Positions 26,540 to 32,000 of a stretch of DNA of 32,000 bases are shown here, piece by piece. The stretch's first letter is position 1. Every line of letters starts with the position of its first letter. Source of the DNA: Candidatus Electrothrix sp. GW3-4 (GTDB lineage Bacteria > Desulfobacterota > Desulfobulbia > Desulfobulbales > Desulfobulbaceae); assembly GCF_037902255.1 (NCBI RefSeq), contig NZ_CP147990.1:690001-722000 (forward strand). The letters run 5' to 3'. The position numbers were made by a program, and so were the translations under genes. The notes under the pieces were generated by a model. That model saw only the letters and a program-made list of their open reading frames with translations, was not told where the DNA came from and searched no databases.

Positions 26540-27140
26540 AACACCCTTTCGGCAGTCCCTCCGGGACGGGTTGAGTTTTCGGCAGGGAATGCATCAAAAA
26601 GACGTACAGCGTCCCGGAGGGACAGCCCGGTAATAGCCCCGTGATTTATCGCGGGGTGTTGTGTGTCCGACATCCTGTTGTATAAATAAATCCCCAGGGT
26701 TAAAACCCTGGGCTATGTTCGTTCGTCCCTTCGGGATGCTGTTTCCCGGAAATCCCCGCCCTGGAGGGGCGATCTATAATAGCCCACCGTTTTAACGGTG
26801 GGTGGCCCTGAATCAGTTATTCGAAATTTTCGAATAACTGCTGCCGATTGAGTTGAATGGAAATCAGTTATCCGAAATTTTCGGATAACTGCCGCCGATG
26901 GAAAAAATCACACCAGAATCATTCATGATCGTCTGTATACGTCCGATTTTTACTGGTGCCCAAGCTCTGCTTGGGTATCTCTGAATACAGAAGCTCCGGC
27001 TTCGGGAAATGAAGCGGAGCTTCAGAAAATGCAGTTCCCAAGCCGGAGCTTGGGAACCAGAGAAATAACTGCCGCTGATGGAAAAAACACACCAGAATCA
27101 TTCAGAATCGTCTGGAGACGTCCGGTTTTGACCTTCTGAT
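26540..27140. repeat. Hairpin-dense intergenic array (REP/BIME-like or structured-RNA region) between hsdS and hsdM
   Basis: At least 12 short perfect hairpins are present. Coordinates include 26555-26567, 26611-26623, 26637-26656, 26693-26712, 26757-26771, 26783-26802, 26814-26840, 26865-26891, 26959-26975, 26990-27003, 27011-27023 and 27035-27056. Direct repeats lie at 26885-26950 and 27065-27129. Confidence 0.8.
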
Positions 27141-27171
27141 ACAATAAACAAGCAGAGAGCGAAAAGAAAAA

Positions 27172-28671
27172 ATGAACGCCGAAACCCTTATTTCCAAAGT
27201 CTGGAGTTTCTGTACCACCCTCAGGGATGATGGCGTCGGCTATGGCGACTACCTGGAACAACTGACCTATCTCATCTTCCTGAAAATGGCGGATGAATAC
27301 CGCAGGCCCCCCTATAAGCGCGATGTCGGTATCCCGGAGGAGTTCACCTGGAACAGCCTGCGCAGCAAAAAGGGCGCAGAGCTGGAAGGGCATTATATTA
27401 CCCTGCTCCGGGAGCTGGGCATGAAGAAGGGCATGCTCGGCCAGATCTTCACCAAATCCCAGAACAAGATTCAGGACCCGGCCAAGCTCTCCCGCCTGGT
27501 GGAGATGGTCAATGACACCGATTGGGTCATGCTGGATGCCGATACCAAGGGCACCATCTACGAAGGGCTTCTGGAAAAGAACGCCGAAGACACCAAGTCC
27601 GGCGCTGGTCAGTATTTCACCCCGCGCTCCCTGATCAAGGCCATGGTCGCCTGTATGCGCCCGGAACCCATGCAGACCATTGCCGACCCTGCCTGCGGTA
27701 CCGGCGGCTTTTTCCTTTCTGCCTATGATCACCTGATCGGCAATCATAAGCTCGATAAAAAGCAGAAGGCCTTTCTCAAGTTTGCAACCTTTAGCGGCAA
27801 TGAGATCGTCTCCAATACCCGCCGCATGTGCCTGATGAACATGTTTCTCCACAACATCGGCGAAATTGATGGCGAGAGTGCGGTGAGCGCCAACGACGCC
27901 CTGATTGCTCCTCCCGCCTACACCGTGGATATGGTGCTGGCCAATCCGCCCTTTGGTAAAAAGAGCAGCATGACCTTTACCAACCAGGAAGGGGAACAGG
28001 AGAAAGACGACCTGACCTATAACCGCCAGGATTTCTGGGCCACCACCTCCAACAAGCAGGTCAACTTTGTCCAGCACATCCGCTCCATGCTCAAATCCAC
28101 AGGTCGGGCCGCTGTGGTGGTCCCTGATAACGTCCTCTTTGAAGGCGGGGCTGGGGAAACCGTGCGCAAGAAGCTCATGGAGACCACAGAACTCCACACC
28201 ATTTTGCGGCTGCCCACTGGTATCTTTTACGCCAACGGGGTCAAGGCCAATGTCCTCTTTTTCGATAACCGCCCGGCCCAGAAAGAGCCCTGGACCAAGG
28301 AGGTGTGGTTCTACGATTACCGCACTAATATTCACCACACCCTGAAGAAAAAGCCCCTGCGCCTGGAGCATCTTCAGGACTTTATTGCCTGCTATAGCCC
28401 GGAAAACCGTCATAAGCGAGAAGCAACCTGGGATGCTGCAACCAACCCCGAGGGGCGGTGGCGGAAGTACGTCTATAATGATATCATCGCCAGAGACAAA
28501 ATCAGCCTGGATATCTTCTGGCTCAAGGATAAATCCCTGGCCGACCTGGACAACCTGCCTGAGCCGGAAGATCTGGCCGCAGAGATTATCGAAAACATTG
28601 AAGCAGGGTTGCAGAGTTTCCGGGAAGTTGCTGTTGGTTTAAGCGTAATTAGCACATCCACAGAGGGGTAG
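27172..28671 (+). CDS. hsdM: Type I restriction-modification N6-adenine DNA methyltransferase subunit (HsdM)
   Basis: AdoMet motif DPACGTGGF and catalytic motif ANPPFGKK. The N-terminal HsdM_N-like helix bundle begins KVWSFCTTLRDDGV. Confidence 0.95.
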   Translation: MNAETLISKVWSFCTTLRDDGVGYGDYLEQLTYLIFLKMADEYRRPPYKRDVGIPEEFTWNSLRSKKGAELEGHYITLLRELGMKKGMLGQIFTKSQNKIQDPAKLSRLVEMVNDTDWVMLDADTKGTIYEGLLEKNAEDTKSGAGQYFTPRSLIKAMVACMRPEPMQTIADPACGTGGFFLSAYDHLIGNHKLDKKQKAFLKFATFSGNEIVSNTRRMCLMNMFLHNIGEIDGESAVSANDALIAPPAYTVDMVLANPPFGKKSSMTFTNQEGEQEKDDLTYNRQDFWATTSNKQVNFVQHIRSMLKSTGRAAVVVPDNVLFEGGAGETVRKKLMETTELHTILRLPTGIFYANGVKANVLFFDNRPAQKEPWTKEVWFYDYRTNIHHTLKKKPLRLEHLQDFIACYSPENRHKREATWDAATNPEGRWRKYVYNDIIARDKISLDIFWLKDKSLADLDNLPEPEDLAAEIIENIEAGLQSFREVAVGLSVISTSTEG

Positions 28672-28707
28672 CACTGTAGGGGCGAATCCCTGTGTTCGTC
28701 CTTGTAT

Positions 28708-28754
28708 ATCAGACGGTTTGAGCAATGCGTTGTCCGCTTTCGTTTTGTTCAAGC
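28708..28754 (-). repeat. Junction repeat R4 (inverted partial copy)
   Basis: atcagacggtttgagcaatgcgttgtccgctttcgttttgttcaagc aligns with the reverse complement of R1 (atcagacaatccgagcaaagagctgtccgctttcattgcacttgagc). It is preceded by a GTAG-type degenerate hairpin at 28676-28700. Confidence 0.5.
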
Positions 28755-28812
28755 AGATCTATCCGACTGTTTCGTTATTTCATATTATTTTTTTACCCAA
28801 GGGAGAAAAACA

Positions 28813-29139
28813 ATGGCATCTATTGAGCACAATGGTATCACCTATGAGGTTGATTATGACGGTTTCCTGTTGAACGGTTCTGAGGAATGGGACGATAACT
28901 GGGTTGATTACGTAAAGGGTATTGAAGGTATCAACGACATAACCGATGAGCATCAGAAAGTTATTGTCGCTCTGCAGGAATACTACAAGAAGAATGGTAT
29001 TCCCCCCATGCACGATATTATTTGTTCCAAGGTTACAGGGTTCCCGTTGAAGAAAATCTACGAGCTGTTCCCGTCAGGGCCTATTAAAGGAGCCCGTAAA
29101 ATGGCTGGGTTACCCCAAATTAATCCCTCTACTATCTGA
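28813..29139 (+). CDS. DsrC/TusE-family protein lacking the conserved C-terminal cysteine arm
   Basis: RBS GGGAGA. Similar to TusE/DsrC through ...LFPSGPIKGARKMAGLP, but ends QINPSTI instead of the usual KPxGC(V/I). Confidence 0.8.
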   Translation: MASIEHNGITYEVDYDGFLLNGSEEWDDNWVDYVKGIEGINDITDEHQKVIVALQEYYKKNGIPPMHDIICSKVTGFPLKKIYELFPSGPIKGARKMAGLPQINPSTI

Positions 29140-29387
29140 CTTGAATTAACTGAAGCTCAAAAAGTTCCGTAGATACTGTTATCTCCGTCAAGGCTTTTTT
29201 GTGTAGCACGGCCCTCAAAGCAGTCAAGGCCATGCCCTTCGGGTGCTCGCTCGGGCTCGCAGCCCTGACAGCTTTTCGTTCCTGCGCTGAACCTGAAAAC
29301 GGCGACGCGGAGGAACGCCTCCGGCGGGGCTCGGACAAAAGAGCTGACTATGGAAAAACAATATGTTGTATGTTTAGTTTATGCGTA

Positions 29388-30569
<1,182 letters not shown>

Positions 30570-30599
30570 GTCTGATTTCGCTTTACTCAATCAAGACCT
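30570..30599 (+). repeat. Junction repeat R3 (right-arm copy, 29/30 identical to 20591-20620)
   Basis: gtctgatttcgctttactcaatcaagacct compared with gtctgatttcgctttacgcaatcaagacct. It abuts the IS110 end. Confidence 0.75.
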
Positions 30600-30608
30600 A
30601 CACAGTTC

Positions 30609-31247
30609 ATGTGGACCGCCATGTTCCACCAAGATAACCTTACCCGCAGCTTAGCCAAAATAGGAGCACAACCCTCTTTTTCCATTTTCGATAAACTCAA
30701 ACAAGTCTATACGGAGCCGGGACGCTACTATCATACGGATAAGCATATTACCGACTGCCTGACTCATGTACAACCCCTCCGCCATCAAGCAACGCATCCA
30801 GCGGAGATTGCAATCGCGCTCTGGTTTCACGACGCAATCTACGACACCCGCAGGGAAGACAACGAAGAGCAAAGTGCGGAATGGGCAGTCAACTTTCTTG
30901 GAGCATCTGAGGTCAAACAGGCAGTCATAGACCGGATAGCCCGTCTGATCATGGTGACCAAAATCCATGATCCCTTTGATGCCGATACCGCTCTCATGAC
31001 AGATATTGACCTCAGCATCTTAGGTGCGCAGCCCCAGCTGTTTGAGCAATATGATGCTGATATTCGCCGTGAATACGCTTGGGTTCCAGACGAACAATTT
31101 CGACAAGGGCGTGTACAGGTTCTGAAGAGCTTTCTGGAGCGAGCAAGAATCTACACAACAGCCTATTTTTCAGAGCAATACGAAGAGCAGGCCCGAGTGA
31201 ATCTCAAGCGCAAAATTAAGCAGCTTTCCTCTGGTTTGTTGCTGTAA
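30609..31247 (+). CDS. Predicted HD-type metal-dependent phosphohydrolase (COG4339-like)
   Basis: EPGRYYHTDKHITDCL and ALWFHDAIYD fit the H...HD pattern. Start may be 30609 or 30621. Confidence 0.65.
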   Translation: MWTAMFHQDNLTRSLAKIGAQPSFSIFDKLKQVYTEPGRYYHTDKHITDCLTHVQPLRHQATHPAEIAIALWFHDAIYDTRREDNEEQSAEWAVNFLGASEVKQAVIDRIARLIMVTKIHDPFDADTALMTDIDLSILGAQPQLFEQYDADIRREYAWVPDEQFRQGRVQVLKSFLERARIYTTAYFSEQYEEQARVNLKRKIKQLSSGLLL

Positions 31248-31288
31248 TACCGAGAGATGAAAGATGGATAGAGACAAAGGAGGGCAGT

Positions 31289-31930
31289 ATGCGTAGCTTT
31301 CGAGAATGGACCTTGGCGGAACTGGACAGAGCGTTTAAACTAACTGTTCTTGATACCAGCCCGGTGCTGGAAAATTGGCTCAATGGCCAAGCGGAAATAT
31401 CCTCCTATGAACAGCAAGCCTTAGGCTCTTTTCAAACCCTGTTAAAGACCCATGTCTATGACTGGAACGAGACCGAGCTCGCCTATAATTTCATTGGCCC
31501 GCTCATGACCCTGGTTCGTTTCAGCACAAAAGAATTTAATTTTTTTGCGGAACGTCCCTTATCTGGTGTTGTAGATGAGGTCGAAATGACAGGCAGGCCT
31601 GACGGCATTATTGCCTCTGGTTTTCGGGAGCCGCAACAGCCCTATTTTTGCCTCCAGGAATATAAGAAAGAAAAAGACCCAGAGGGCGATCCCGCAGCCC
31701 AGGTACTTGCAGCCATGCTGGTGGCCCAGGAGCTGAATCAGCATAAATTACCAGTGTATGGTTGTTATGTGAAAGGGGAGGTCTGGCATTTTCTCACCCT
31801 GGAAGAGCGATCCTATGCAATCAGTCAGGGATATCTGGCCTCCCGGCAGGCGGATCTCAATGAAATTTTCACCATCCTGAAGCGTCTCAAAGTAATCATT
31901 ACCGCTTTTACAAGCAGAACAGACACATGA
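31289..31930 (+). CDS. Hypothetical protein with PD-(D/E)xK nuclease-like motif
   Basis: GRPDGIIA...FCLQEYKKEKDPEGDPAAQVLAAML fits a D...ExK arrangement. RBS AGGAGGG. The stop overlaps the next ATG (ATGA). Confidence 0.55.
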   Translation: MRSFREWTLAELDRAFKLTVLDTSPVLENWLNGQAEISSYEQQALGSFQTLLKTHVYDWNETELAYNFIGPLMTLVRFSTKEFNFFAERPLSGVVDEVEMTGRPDGIIASGFREPQQPYFCLQEYKKEKDPEGDPAAQVLAAMLVAQELNQHKLPVYGCYVKGEVWHFLTLEERSYAISQGYLASRQADLNEIFTILKRLKVIITAFTSRTDT

Positions 31931-32000
31931 ATAACTGCAACATCGGTGCGGCTCTGCATAAGGCCGCCGCAGAACGGAAAGACGCCGTTGCCCTGGTCAC
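31927..32000 (+). CDS. N-terminal fragment of a probable AMP-dependent synthetase/ligase (possibly OleC-like); 3' end lies outside the window
   Basis: MNNCNIGAALHKAAAERKDAVALV resembles the N-terminal start of adenylate-forming enzymes. Only 24 codons are visible. Confidence 0.35.
   Translation, partial: MNNCNIGAALHKAAAERKDAVALV

Noticed and set aside
26517-26633. A 38-aa ORF overlapping the hsdS stop (ATGA), together with the short ORFs starting at the ATGGAAAAAA motif inside the two direct repeats.
   Set aside because: The sequence is made of hairpin arms. The two direct-repeat copies differ by an indel that changes the frame (MEKITPESF... versus MEKTHQNHS...). Conservation is therefore at the nucleotide or structure level, not the protein level.
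26814-27129. The repeats between hsdS and hsdM considered as a CRISPR array.
   Set aside because: Only two or three copies are present, with irregular spacing (51 nt and 180 nt). The repeat units differ in type, and no cas genes are present.
29100-29200. The idea that the IS110 insertion truncated the DsrC-like C-terminus.
   Set aside because: The proposed IS end lies about 60 bp downstream of the stop codon. The sequence beyond the other IS junction (30570 onward) does not encode the missing KPxGCx residues in any frame.

Overview
The window looks like a chromosomal segment from a Gram-negative anaerobe. A Desulfobacterota/Desulfobulbales-like origin is a weak guess, based only on gene content (NifE-like, DsrC/TusE-like, OleA/B-like) and about 50% GC judged by eye.

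Positions 1-14.9 kb are mostly housekeeping genes, all on the + strand:
- a 5'-truncated NifE-like gene, a class I/II aminotransferase, an HD-only (p)ppGpp-hydrolase-like protein and an M28 peptidase
- dnaG, whose C-terminal tail sits in another frame after a G5 run
- a roughly 600-bp AT-rich spacer, then rpoD and dprA
- a tandem pair of secreted PilJ/NarX-type sensor-domain paralogs
- an OleA-like condensing enzyme translationally coupled to an OleB-like alpha/beta hydrolase, then dgkA

Positions 14.9-31 kb are accessory and mosaic:
- two tiny ORFs, a 661-aa SPFH/band-7 protein with five tandem N-terminal repeats, and a 423-aa polytopic membrane protein
- a convergent class-II Fic protein (SoFic-like)
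- a YwbE plus DEDDy 3'-5' exonuclease cassette
- a Type I R-M locus in the unusual order hsdR, four-helix-bundle gene, hsdS, 650-bp hairpin array, hsdM
- a DsrC/TusE-like gene lacking the C-terminal Cys
- an IS110-family element with a candidate bridge RNA
- a COG4339-type HD protein, and a PD-(D/E)xK-like protein coupled to an AMP-ligase-like gene cut by the window end

The least-explained signals are these:
1. A repeat family (R1-R4) sits at every module junction of the island. Two copies are 29/30-identical direct repeats, 10 kb apart.
2. The hairpin-dense insert between hsdS and hsdM contains compensatory changes that preserve a palindrome.
3. The four-helix-bundle gene is flanked by direct repeats.
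4. The SPFH/membrane-protein module lies next to the defence genes.

No tRNA, rRNA or CRISPR array was seen. All functional calls come from motif recognition by eye; no searches were run.
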